Shown here piece after piece: positions 28,555 to 37,754 of a DNA stretch of 64,000 nucleotides. Every line of letters begins with the position of its first letter. Positions within the stretch are counted from its first letter, which is position 1. The stretch covers positions 1-64,000 of the IMG/VR virus record IMGVR_UViG_3300029319_009305, one strand, 5' to 3'. Source of the stretch: a virus. The notes beneath the pieces are model-generated. The model saw only the letters and a program-made list of their open reading frames with translations. It made no database searches and was not told the DNA's origin. A program made the translations under genes and the position numbers.

Positions 28555-28804
28555 TTTAGTTAAATCAAATATCATGTACTTTCATCATGGGGGTGATCCT
28601 ATTGTTTTGAAACGTCATGATGATTCTATGTATGGGACTGTCTTAGAAGTAGAGGATGAAGAAAAGTTCGAGAAAGAGTTTCGACATCACAAAAGAGGCG
28701 GTCGGATATTTTTAGACGTAAAAGTTCTTTGGAATACAGGTAAGATAACAGTTGTTCAGAAGAACACACTTCAAAAAGTGCAAAGCGCGTGCAAAAAATG
28801 GTAA
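28541..28804 (+). CDS. small 'GDLV' family protein
   Basis: MKVGDLV...KVLWNTG. Confidence 0.75.
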   Translation: MKVGDLVKSNIMYFHHGGDPIVLKRHDDSMYGTVLEVEDEEKFEKEFRHHKRGGRIFLDVKVLWNTGKITVVQKNTLQKVQSACKKW

Positions 28805-28845
28805 AACTTATTATAATATAAAAGTAAACAACCACTGGAGAAAAC

Positions 28846-29181
28846 ATGACTCAAGCATTAACATTAGTTGAAGTCAGACAAAAATTAGTACTCGCATGTC
28901 AAGCGGAGTACGATCGAAGAATATCAAACGGTGTGCACCCCTACGCCATTGCATCATACCACTTTGACAAGATATTCGATGCAGAGCTAGAAAAATATAT
29001 CGATGTTTCCAACTGGAAAGCAGGCGACTGGCGCAAGCTTATGAACGCATTGCCAGAAGACCCGGATGCATCGAACTCCGAAGGTCAGTGGGCAGTCGGC
29101 GCAATTTGTAATAGTGCACAAGCCTGGGCAACACCAGGATTTGCAGAAGCGTATCGTTGGCACTCAATTTGGGGAGGATAA
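28846..29181 (+). CDS. early hypothetical protein
   Basis: Promoter 28789, GGAG SD. Confidence 0.7.
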   Translation: MTQALTLVEVRQKLVLACQAEYDRRISNGVHPYAIASYHFDKIFDAELEKYIDVSNWKAGDWRKLMNALPEDPDASNSEGQWAVGAICNSAQAWATPGFAEAYRWHSIWGG

Positions 29182-29182
29182 G

Positions 29183-29401
29183 ATGAACAGTTATTTTGTA
29201 ATGTTTTGTAGAACACCGGTAGCTTTCGAAAACGTGACGGGAGGGTACTATAGATGTTCCCGGCAAGAACTGACTAAAGAGATATCCCGAAAAAACCAAG
29301 ACGGATGGCATGCTTTGTATGCAAAAGTAAAGACCCCTATCGGGTGGGAACTCATGTATCTTCAAGAGAATCAAAATCAAACAAGCAACCAGGGAAAATA
29401 A
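29183..29401 (+). CDS. hypothetical protein
   Basis: GGAGG SD before ATG 29183. Confidence 0.55.
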   Translation: MNSYFVMFCRTPVAFENVTGGYYRCSRQELTKEISRKNQDGWHALYAKVKTPIGWELMYLQENQNQTSNQGK

Positions 29402-29718
29402 TGTCTGACACAATCAAACCAATATTAATTCATGAACTACCTTATTCAGCTGGAACGATAATAAAACGTTTAGCGAATAAAATAGAATCACTTCAAACTG
29501 ATAATCTTTCTACGCGAAAAGAAGACGAAAGCTACGGATTGAACTACTTGTCATCAATTTTAGAATGTTGTGACAGCAACCCATACAGTCAATACAGGGT
29601 TACTATTATCAAAAATTATTACGGTACAATTGTAGAAGAAGCATGTCGATTAATCGCGCTGAGGAAAATCAATGCAACGATCAACAATATGAAAAAGCGC
29701 GTGCAAAATAAAGCATAA
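29401..29718 (+). CDS. hypothetical protein
   Basis: Coupled TAATG start. Confidence 0.55.
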   Translation: MSDTIKPILIHELPYSAGTIIKRLANKIESLQTDNLSTRKEDESYGLNYLSSILECCDSNPYSQYRVTIIKNYYGTIVEEACRLIALRKINATINNMKKRVQNKA

Positions 29719-29756
29719 TGCTTTATAATATAAAGGAACAACAACAGGAGAATAAA

Positions 29757-30095
29757 TTGAAAATTCCAAACTGCGACGTACGAGACGCTTATCGCCGATC
29801 AATTGCTAAGGTATGGGGTCTGAAACAAAAAGACATCAAAGGTGATATTCATATTGCATCCCGTGCACCTGGTCAATGGTCACCGGACAGCTCAGTTGAG
29901 ATATACTGTGAAGGACACATTCCAAATGCGACTGACGTACACTATTCAGAATTTGGTACGTTCTATCACTCAGAAAGCTGGGCAAAGATTGACAGCATGG
30001 CAAATCAATTCATTCAGAAGAAACACCCATATGCACCTAAGTTTTATCATGAACCTTATAACAGTGCAGTTGTCAATATCTGGCCAGAGTGGTAG
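29757..30095 (+). CDS. early hypothetical protein
   Basis: Promoter 29701, AGGAG SD, TTG start. Confidence 0.65.
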   Translation: MKIPNCDVRDAYRRSIAKVWGLKQKDIKGDIHIASRAPGQWSPDSSVEIYCEGHIPNATDVHYSEFGTFYHSESWAKIDSMANQFIQKKHPYAPKFYHEPYNSAVVNIWPEW

Positions 30096-30160
30096 GTCGA
30101 TCTATTGCACTAAATAAACAATCTCAGACTTCATAAGTCAAGTTCAAATAGGAGAAAACT

Positions 30161-30595
30161 ATGAAACCAGTAAAACAACCACAAGTTAAGTTAAAAGGAA
30201 TAGAGTACCTACTACTCGCAATCCAATCAGAGCCAGGCAAGTCACAACGACATTATCTTCGTAGGCTACATCGATATAAGTACGGAGTTGAAGACTATCA
30301 TAAGGGAGGCACATGTTGTGGATACTTTATCAGCCCCAGTTATCGAAATGTCTTGTGGTATAACGATGACAAAAAACCAGGCGTCAAGTATGAATGTTCT
30401 AAGTCTGTTAATGGTGTTTTCACGAGCTGGTTCACATATCCGTCCGGAAGAGGAACACTCGCATGTCGTTCAAGATGTGCTGTAATGCGGCTAACCCTAG
30501 CAGGACATAAACGCGCCAACGAAGTTAGAAAGAAGTTGGGTCTTGACCCTATTGACTTAACGAAAGGCGCACCAGCCCATGCAAATTGGGTTTAA
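30161..30595 (+). CDS. basic hypothetical protein (possible winged helix)
   Basis: AGGAG SD; LT.AG ending. Confidence 0.6.
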   Translation: MKPVKQPQVKLKGIEYLLLAIQSEPGKSQRHYLRRLHRYKYGVEDYHKGGTCCGYFISPSYRNVLWYNDDKKPGVKYECSKSVNGVFTSWFTYPSGRGTLACRSRCAVMRLTLAGHKRANEVRKKLGLDPIDLTKGAPAHANWV

Positions 30596-30611
30596 AATCG
30601 GGAGCCAAATA

Positions 30612-30956
30612 ATGAAAAATCAGTATAGAATCTGCAAAGAATGCGAAGATGAATTTGATTGGCGTGAAAAAGTCCAAAGAGTCGGCGGTTATAGCACAGT
30701 TTGTGAGGACTGTCACTTGAGTGGTCCTGATCCGGATGAAAATACACCGGTCTTGAGAGCAGTGACCACAGGAAACGGAAAGATGGCAGCAATCAGTATA
30801 CTTTCATTCGACTCAGAATCGGATGCAAATGAGTACTGTCGGAGGTATTCAGCAAACACAGGCTGGAATAACCGAAGAACTGGTGGGCTTAATGATATCA
30901 AACACACGTTGCTCGCTGAAAACTTAGGTAACGATAATCACAAGGGGAAATTGTAA
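30612..30956 (+). CDS. zinc-finger hypothetical protein
   Basis: CKEC/CEDC; GGAG SD. Confidence 0.65.
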   Translation: MKNQYRICKECEDEFDWREKVQRVGGYSTVCEDCHLSGPDPDENTPVLRAVTTGNGKMAAISILSFDSESDANEYCRRYSANTGWNNRRTGGLNDIKHTLLAENLGNDNHKGKL

Positions 30957-31035
30957 TAAAAACTTTTGACTTAAATGCGTGCAAATAAAAATAACACGTG
31001 GTATAATATAAAGGTAAACCACAAAGGAGATACAA

Positions 31036-31323
31036 ATGATTTTCGCTCATACACCAAACAGCACAAGACTTGATGACGGAACAGTCTCTCATACTGTCTG
31101 TACTGTTTTTAAGAATGGCAAAAAGTCTATCAGCATCGCGCTGGACAATAGCTGCGGAAGGCTACCTCAGCTGAGCCGCTCTGATCTACGTCTCTTTACA
31201 GAGTCCCATATCGATGGTGACCCGTGGGACGATACATTCGATATATTTCCTAACGAAGAACCTGGATCTGTTCAAGCAACAAAAGAGAACTTTGAAAAAG
31301 CATGGGAGTGGCTCAATGAATAA
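31036..31323 (+). CDS. early hypothetical protein
   Basis: Promoter 30979, AAGGAG SD. Confidence 0.7.
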   Translation: MIFAHTPNSTRLDDGTVSHTVCTVFKNGKKSISIALDNSCGRLPQLSRSDLRLFTESHIDGDPWDDTFDIFPNEEPGSVQATKENFEKAWEWLNE

Positions 31324-31576
31324 ATTCAAATATTGGTCCCCAGAGCATTACGAAATAAAAGTTGTGTCAGGATCAGATGCAGCATGCATGACTGTGTACG
31401 AATCAGATAAAAGAGAGTATCCTCCAATGCAGTACGGGACACACATTGCAGAAAAATCAGGAACTGGAATCCAACGCACAATCGTAATTAAGCGATTTAA
31501 GACGACTGAACTTTGCAGGATTCACACTTTGTTTCCACCGACTTACTTACGCAACGAAGATAACTCAAACAATTAA
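31316..31576 (+). CDS. hypothetical protein
   Basis: GGAG SD; overlap coupling. Confidence 0.55.
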   Translation: MNKFKYWSPEHYEIKVVSGSDAACMTVYESDKREYPPMQYGTHIAEKSGTGIQRTIVIKRFKTTELCRIHTLFPPTYLRNEDNSNN

Positions 31577-31590
31577 TCGAGGGAGAATAT

Positions 31591-31836
31591 ATGAGAGATC
31601 TAGATAAACCAGCAGAAAGAGCACGACACATACACGAGAACATGCGACCCAGCATGCGGAACGAAGTGCTCTATCAATTCGAAGACATGTCACAAGGAGG
31701 CGATGGAGGCTCATCCGGATCAGGACTGCCTAATGAACTCAGCATACGAGAATCCTACTATCAGTATAAGACAAATCAGTGGTTCAAGGATGTTCTTGAC
31801 GAGTTTGAAAAGCTTCAAAGAAATAGTGGACAATAG
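31591..31836 (+). CDS. hypothetical protein, paralog of 21464-21688
   Basis: F.DM..GG.GG...SIRESYY. Confidence 0.65.
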   Translation: MRDLDKPAERARHIHENMRPSMRNEVLYQFEDMSQGGDGGSSGSGLPNELSIRESYYQYKTNQWFKDVLDEFEKLQRNSGQ

Positions 31837-31872
31837 ATTGTTATAAAAAATTGAAAAGTTCGTTATAATACA

Positions 31873-31923
31873 AAGCGTACTTACGACGTGAGAGGGATGA
31901 CCCCTCGGGATAGGGTGGGTAAA
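31873..31923 (+). promoter_or_regulatory. GGG-tract 5'-UTR RNA motif, copy 1
   Basis: AAGCGT-loop-ACGTG, hairpin, CTCGGGATAGGGTGGGTAAA; starts just after TATAAT 31864. Confidence 0.5.
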
Positions 31924-31933
31924 AAGGAACATT

Positions 31934-32374
31934 ATGTCTGATCAACAGCTAATCACACAAACTCGATTTGTTGATTCACTTACAAACGGAATCGCGATAC
32001 CTCCAAGGACAAGCACAGATCTTCTAAACTTTGGAGATCGACTTATTAAGTGGGTGAATGCAAACGACAATTATTATTGGGCTGCTTGGGACGATCAACA
32101 CCCGGGGTGTATTGCGCTGGACCTGAATACAATCAGTTTAATGTTGATTAATCTGTCACCCGGACTTTTAGAGTTCAGAAGACTGCAGGACAATATTGAG
32201 CACGACATGGCGAAAGAGTTCGGCAATGGAGCTGTCGGCATTATTTTATTTTGTATGATTGAAAATAGAGAAATACAAGAAGTACCTCTTGATGATATAC
32301 CGCCAGATCCCGAACCTGAGGCTCCTACCACTATTGTTGAAAACAAAGAAACACCCGATTTTAGTTGGATATAA
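31934..32374 (+). CDS. hypothetical protein
   Basis: AAGGA SD. Confidence 0.65.
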   Translation: MSDQQLITQTRFVDSLTNGIAIPPRTSTDLLNFGDRLIKWVNANDNYYWAAWDDQHPGCIALDLNTISLMLINLSPGLLEFRRLQDNIEHDMAKEFGNGAVGIILFCMIENREIQEVPLDDIPPDPEPEAPTTIVENKETPDFSWI

Positions 32375-32433
32375 CTCCAGCAAAAATAAAAAAACCACTT
32401 TATAATAAAACTATACCAACCACAGGAGAAAAA

Positions 32434-33150
32434 ATGCCAAAAACATATAAAACTGAAATAGTCGGATATACCTTCGGAGAACTGCCAAGAGAAGTACAAG
32501 AGGATATCTACAATCGTAACCAGGAAGATTTCTGTTACTTTCAAGAACACGTTCTCGAAGCCGCGATTTATGAGTTCGAGGCTAATCTTAAAGAAGAGTA
32601 CGGTGCGACAGATATTAAAGTCTACTACGACGTCTCTTACTCTCAAGGCTCCGGCGCGTGTTACACTGCACACTTCGATGTTGATACTATGCTCGCCAGC
32701 CTAGACTTTTGGCAAGATCTGTGTGACGATCTCAATGCAGGAAAGCTTTCTATCGATGAGGTTCGAGTTGAAAGATGCGGACCGTCAAACTACTACTGTC
32801 ACGAGAATACATGTTATGTCGCCATTGAATGGTCTTGGTCAGACGAAAGTAAGTATAATGAAAACTGGCCTGACCTGATTGCAAATGCTGAAAAACTAAT
32901 AACCGAAATGGTTAGAAGCCAGATTCGAGACTTCTTCTACACACTCCGTGATAGCTACGAGGAGGCGATATCTTTTGAAGTTTATTGTGAATACATGTCA
33001 GCTTCTGACGACATTGCGTGTTTCACAGAAGAAGGTGAGCAGATTAATCAATTGTTTCTAGAAAATGCTCATGTGGTGGACGGCGTACAACTAAAGTTAG
33101 ATTTTGAATATTCAGATAATGACACTGATACATTAGAAACTGATTCATAA
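32434..33150 (+). CDS. early acidic hypothetical protein
   Basis: Promoter 32378; YTFGEL, SQGSGA and YCHENT motifs seen in phage early proteins. Confidence 0.75.
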   Translation: MPKTYKTEIVGYTFGELPREVQEDIYNRNQEDFCYFQEHVLEAAIYEFEANLKEEYGATDIKVYYDVSYSQGSGACYTAHFDVDTMLASLDFWQDLCDDLNAGKLSIDEVRVERCGPSNYYCHENTCYVAIEWSWSDESKYNENWPDLIANAEKLITEMVRSQIRDFFYTLRDSYEEAISFEVYCEYMSASDDIACFTEEGEQINQLFLENAHVVDGVQLKLDFEYSDNDTDTLETDS

Positions 33151-33170
33151 TCTTTTACCCGGAGCATGCG

Positions 33171-33368
33171 ATGAATATCATTGCACTCGTTTTGATCATA
33201 GGGATCGTCAAATACTTGTCAGAACATTCAAGTAAAGTATTTGACATTATGTCTAAGATAGCTTTGCTCATGATAATACTCTCAATGGCAGGAATCATTG
33301 ACTTAAGCTTTTTGCAAGGGTGCTTAAACAACGTGAAAATGAGCGAAATCATTGCTCGATTTGAATAG
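33171..33368 (+). CDS. small membrane protein
   Basis: GGAG SD; two hydrophobic segments. Confidence 0.5.
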   Translation: MNIIALVLIIGIVKYLSEHSSKVFDIMSKIALLMIILSMAGIIDLSFLQGCLNNVKMSEIIARFE

Positions 33369-33433
33369 TCAACTCGTGCAAAATAAAAAAAAACCTTTTA
33401 TAATATAAAGGTAACCAACCACCGAGGATTATT

Positions 33434-33736
33434 ATGAGTACATCATTCACCCTAATGTCAGACCCATCCGGAGCCAACGACGTTGCACTTCGTTTTTGGG
33501 GCGGCGAGGCAGCTGGTAAAACAGTTCGATTCACTTTTCCAGAGACCCTTTTCTGTCACCTGCGAGACGTTGAACTTGCCGGATGCGACGGCTCTGTAAC
33601 AACAGTTCAAGAGCTCTTTGACGAGGCTGAAACAGTCGACTTTCTTGAAGCAGACGTTTCTCCTCGTGAGCACCTATCACATGGGACACACGGCGCGAGA
33701 GAACAAGCACGTCTGGCATGGGAGGCTTCACAATGA
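33434..33736 (+). CDS. early hypothetical protein
   Basis: Promoter 33376 plus leader. Confidence 0.7.
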   Translation: MSTSFTLMSDPSGANDVALRFWGGEAAGKTVRFTFPETLFCHLRDVELAGCDGSVTTVQELFDEAETVDFLEADVSPREHLSHGTHGAREQARLAWEASQ

Positions 33737-33915
33737 AATATGGAGTAAAAGTGAAAGTAGGAGATCTAGTCAGGAAAATATCAGCGTGGGATCCATCATG
33801 TTCTGATGGGTACGGTACTGGCATCATTCTAAAAATAGAAGACAAAGTCGCACATATACACTGGCAGACCGGTCAGACTTATGAGCACTACATGTGGGAG
33901 TTAGTAAAGATTTAA
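33733..33915 (+). CDS. small 'GDLV' family protein
   Basis: VKVGDLVRK...GII...IHWQTG. Confidence 0.7.
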   Translation: MKYGVKVKVGDLVRKISAWDPSCSDGYGTGIILKIEDKVAHIHWQTGQTYEHYMWELVKI

Positions 33916-33978
33916 CTCGTGCAAACTAAAACTAAACAAGTTATAATATAAAGGTAACCCCAACCAATAAGGAATAAA

Positions 33979-34140
33979 GTGGAAACTCAAGTTGTTACAA
34001 TCCCTATTCAGACTACAATGGACCCAGCGCAGCTTCTCGACATTATACTAGACTTTGTCGAACGTCTTGAAGGTGATATCGAATCATACGAAGAAAAATG
34101 CGTGGTCGATACTGATAACATCAGCGTTGAATCCGAATAA
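33979..34140 (+). CDS. small acidic early protein (53 aa)
   Basis: Promoter 33919, TAAGGA SD, GTG start. Confidence 0.55.
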   Translation: METQVVTIPIQTTMDPAQLLDIILDFVERLEGDIESYEEKCVVDTDNISVESE

Positions 34141-34226
34141 TCTACAGACTCAAAGCGTGCAAATAATAAAATAACACAGTATAATATAAACATAACCAAT
34201 CAAAAACATCAACCCAGGAAACCAAC

Positions 34227-34862
34227 ATGGCTAATCCAAATCACACTAAAGAACAAATCCTCGATGCACTTCAAGATCCCGCTGTTGTTGACGCAGCAAT
34301 TGTTATTCTCACAGGATATCAGACTGCAGAGGAACGACGTCGGAAGAGTACAAGCAATGACAACGGTGAAGGCTTTGACGCTGCGTACGGGAAGCTCGGA
34401 GTTAGATTTTGGGAGTTCTTGACGGGAAGATCATCAAAGACTGGAGAGCTAGTCCCAAAATGGGGTGGACCAAAGTCTCTACGTCACCCGAAAGCAAATC
34501 GAGTCTTTGCTCGTAATCTTCGCAATAGTGCCGGGCAGCACGAGTCTGTTCTAGATTATGCACGTTTCATCTGCGGAAAGCATTGGAAGCAGCTTGGGAT
34601 GATTCTCGAAGATGATTTTCAAGCTCCAGAGTTGCCGACTTCGATGTCCCCAGAAGTAGCTGCGCAAAGGCAAGCATCGAGAGAAGAAAGTTCACAAATC
34701 ATCACGATTAGCGGTGAAGTCGTGGGCGTAAAAGGACGTGCTTTCAAAGCAAATGTCGGTGGTCGCAATGTGTGGCTTCCAAAGTCTCAAGTCACAATTG
34801 GCGATGGTGCAATCATGATGCCCAGGTGGCTCGCACAAAGTAAAGGTTTCGTATCACAATAG
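34227..34862 (+). CDS. early hypothetical protein
   Basis: Promoter 34157; YQTAEE...NG.GF and C-terminal WLPKSQ...MP.WLA motifs. Confidence 0.75.
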   Translation: MANPNHTKEQILDALQDPAVVDAAIVILTGYQTAEERRRKSTSNDNGEGFDAAYGKLGVRFWEFLTGRSSKTGELVPKWGGPKSLRHPKANRVFARNLRNSAGQHESVLDYARFICGKHWKQLGMILEDDFQAPELPTSMSPEVAAQRQASREESSQIITISGEVVGVKGRAFKANVGGRNVWLPKSQVTIGDGAIMMPRWLAQSKGFVSQ

Positions 34863-34870
34863 ATTAACTC

Positions 34871-34959
34871 CGTGGTTGGTGTTAAGCGTTCCACATAAAA
34901 ATGGAACGTGGAGGGAGAGCTGGTTACTCTCGGGACAGGGCGGGTAAACACCAACTACG
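34871..34959 (+). promoter_or_regulatory. GGG-tract RNA motif, copy 2, enclosed by a 13-bp stem
   Basis: Outer stem 34871-83/34947-59; inner hairpins; CTCGGGACAGGGCGGGTAAA. Confidence 0.5.
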
Positions 34960-34985
34960 ACATAATAAGAAAAGACGAGGATAAC

Positions 34986-35249
34986 ATGGCACAGAGAACA
35001 AAATGCTTGACTAGCGGAGCACAATTTCACATTAGAGTAAGTTCAGAGTACGATCACATATCAGTAGCTGTTGACTTACCAACATACACGCTCGAGGGCG
35101 TAGATAAGGAGGAAGCTGAACTTTTATCCAGACTGATTCACAATCAAATGGAGTTGGTGCTAAGACCCTACTTCGAAAGGCAGAATCAGACATCGACACC
35201 TGCAAAAGCCAAAGCAGTCCCAGAGCACGCAAAATTGAGGCTAGTGTGA
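34986..35249 (+). CDS. hypothetical protein
   Basis: GAGGA SD before ATG 34986. Confidence 0.6.
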   Translation: MAQRTKCLTSGAQFHIRVSSEYDHISVAVDLPTYTLEGVDKEEAELLSRLIHNQMELVLRPYFERQNQTSTPAKAKAVPEHAKLRLV

Positions 35250-35324
35250 TTGGAATATTAACAACAACCAGAAAACAATCTGGTGGATATCTAAAGAAAT
35301 AGATAACATTTTCGAAGGGAAAAC

Positions 35325-35600
35325 ATGAAGATAAGAGAAGACATACTTCAAACAATCTATGAGATTATCGGACAGACGCCAAGCATTATCACACCCTACG
35401 TGTGTCTAGAACTTTTTAAGTCTGATATTGACGATCCTGGCTTGCTTGAAAATGAGCTAGCAACATGGTTGAATGTACATCATCAGTCCGCGTGGGAAAT
35501 AACATGTGCTCATGTCGACCACTTGGTCGAAGTAGGGGATATCATTTTTACTGATGACGGGAATCTATATCAGATAGGCTACGAAGGTGCAATAGTGTGA
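35325..35600 (+). CDS. hypothetical protein
   Basis: AAGGG SD. Confidence 0.55.
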   Translation: MKIREDILQTIYEIIGQTPSIITPYVCLELFKSDIDDPGLLENELATWLNVHHQSAWEITCAHVDHLVEVGDIIFTDDGNLYQIGYEGAIV

Positions 35601-35662
35601 TTAAAGCGTGCAAATAATAAAAAAGCACGTTATAATATATTTGTATAAAACAAAGGAGTATC

Positions 35663-36052
35663 ATGCCAAGCAACACCCTTCATCATAATCGGACTCTTTC
35701 TAACCTCAACACCAATGCCAAGTACGCCAAACACAGTCGCAAGTTGAGTCGATCCAAGCGTAACGGAGAGACTTACCGGTGCCTCGCCTGGCAGGAAGCG
35801 CGTCAACGCTACCATCGTGCATGCCGCAAGGCCTCCAAGCTGCAGCTGAGCCGCTACCAGGAGCATGTTTCTACGCAGGAAGAGCTGGACGCGGAGTACT
35901 ACGAGTGGGAGGACGAGCGTTACATGGAAGACATGGACTGGACTCTGTCACGTGACGAGAAACGCTTTAACGATGAAGTCAGGGGTAGGATGCACCTTGG
36001 TGAAGACAACCAGTGGCGTGTCTGGAACAAAGAGTACGACAAAAGGAGATAG
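35663..36052 (+). CDS. early protein with basic N-terminal and acidic C-terminal halves
   Basis: Promoter 35608, AAGGAG SD; GC-richer codons. Confidence 0.7.
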   Translation: MPSNTLHHNRTLSNLNTNAKYAKHSRKLSRSKRNGETYRCLAWQEARQRYHRACRKASKLQLSRYQEHVSTQEELDAEYYEWEDERYMEDMDWTLSRDEKRFNDEVRGRMHLGEDNQWRVWNKEYDKRR

Positions 36053-36480
36053 TATGACTAAGGAACAGCATCACAAGGCAGTCAACCTAATACTGCTGAA
36101 AATCATGGCATCAAGAAAAAATAAAAAACAGAACGGAGTAGACAAATCATGAAAGAGTCAGAACAGATAGCAGCTGTCCTCGGATTAATCTTTGGAGCTT
36201 CACTAGTTCTCGGTCCTTTCTTCACTTGGATTTTAACAACCAGATAGACAAAAGGAGTCAAAATGGTATACGCACTAATATGGCACAGCAAATACGGAGT
36301 TGAGGAGATCGACTCATTCGACAACAGAGAGGAAGCAGAAGCTATGAAAGTAGAATACTGGCTGTCATTCAACGAAGGGTACATCACGATAAAACCGCGG
36401 TTGTCATAATGTCATAAAGCGCGTGCAAATAAAACCAAAACGCCTTATAATATAAAGGTAACCAACCAAAGGAGAACATC

Positions 36481-36699
36481 ATGGTATACGGTACATCATA
36501 TTTCCCATCCCGATGGGACGCAGTCAAATACTATTCAGTCTTAGGGACCAGCAGATCTGAAGTCAAGGAGATGATCAAGAACGGCGAGATACACATCGGA
36601 AAGCCACCCGGCCTAAACTCTCTTCGAAGAGCAGTAGCACGAAACGACCAGGGCGGGTCACAAAGATATTTCATTCACGAAGACATAAGAGTAGGGTAA
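36481..36699 (+). CDS. early hypothetical protein
   Basis: Promoter 36423; GTSYF...GEIHIGKP. Confidence 0.7.
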   Translation: MVYGTSYFPSRWDAVKYYSVLGTSRSEVKEMIKNGEIHIGKPPGLNSLRRAVARNDQGGSQRYFIHEDIRVG

Positions 36700-36903
36700 G
36701 AATATGAAAGACATCAGACTATGCGAAGTGTGGCTCAGCTACAGCGACGGACAAGCAGGAAGAGTAAAAGTATTGCTTGATATTGATGAGTGTATCGAGA
36801 CACAAGTTTTCGATTCGTTCGATATGCTCACAGACGACGGGCCCGATCTAATCGATTTTAAGTGGAAAGAGGTTGAGGAGTAGAGATTAACAAACCCCGT
36901 GGG

Positions 36904-36985
36904 GGACATGGACCAGAGGTGTGACGGGTGATGCCGGACCGTGGTTGCGTAAGCGTGGGAGTGATTCCCAGGGAAGGCCATGTCT
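36904..36985 (+). ncRNA. candidate structured intergenic RNA
   Basis: GACATGG/CCATGTC closing stem enclosing several mini-hairpins; GC-rich island. Confidence 0.3.
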
Positions 36986-37029
36986 AGATAGAGAAGTTGG
37001 GAACTCTGTCACTTTAATCAAGGAACATC

Positions 37030-37254
37030 ATGAACGATAAACAACTTAAATCACTGTTCAGGCACGCAACGACAGAATATCTCGAAGAGGAGCGTGACCT
37101 TTGCAGGGCGACCATTCTTAACTTGAAGAAAGCTGAGCTCTGGAAAGTCCACGGTCATAAAACGGTTAACAACCAGATCAAAGATCTCATGATCAGTGTG
37201 TCATACATAGGGAGAGAGTTAAACAGAAGAGCACGTGAAAGTCGTGCAAAATAA
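37030..37254 (+). CDS. hypothetical protein
   Basis: AAGGA SD. Confidence 0.6.
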   Translation: MNDKQLKSLFRHATTEYLEEERDLCRATILNLKKAELWKVHGHKTVNNQIKDLMISVSYIGRELNRRARESRAK

Positions 37255-37302
37255 AACAAAACCTTTTATAATATAAACATAACCGACCAACCAGGACACA
37301 AC

Positions 37303-37662
37303 ATGAAATACTTTTCAATCGACTACAGATCACCCCCTTCCGGATTAGGACAGATTATCGACACAACACAATCCAGTCGGGCAATCAATCCTGTCGGCAA
37401 CGAAGTCTGGAACTACACCCTAGTTACATACTCGGGCTGGGGGGTTGAGAATGATCCTAACTATATCCTCACAGCCCACTTCAGATCTCTAGAAGCAGAA
37501 CGGCAACAATACGCCGGACCGATCCTCAAGGATTTAATCGACTACCTCCGCAGAGTTGGGGTCACTCAAGTCTACGATGTCGAGCTCGCGGCGGAATGCG
37601 AAGGAGCCGACGAGAATGGGCATTTCCCACTAAATCGTTGGGCCGAGCTCGTGATGAGCTAA
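37303..37662 (+). CDS. early hypothetical protein
   Basis: Promoter 37244. Confidence 0.7.
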   Translation: MKYFSIDYRSPPSGLGQIIDTTQSSRAINPVGNEVWNYTLVTYSGWGVENDPNYILTAHFRSLEAERQQYAGPILKDLIDYLRRVGVTQVYDVELAAECEGADENGHFPLNRWAELVMS

Positions 37663-37754
37663 GAATAGATACCAAACTCATGCAAAACACAGCCTGCTGT
37701 GGTATAATATAACTACCGACTAACCAATAATAAAATCAAAGCCAAGGACATATC

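Noticed and set aside
12702-28804. Integron or diversity-generating retroelement behind the cassette arrays
   Set aside because: No attC-like palindromes, integrase, reverse transcriptase or adenine-specific TR/VR pair is visible in the window.
15212-36990. tRNA-Sec or other extra tRNAs among the structured intergenic elements
   Set aside because: None shows a TTC-RA T-loop, a TCA anticodon arm or a CCA end.
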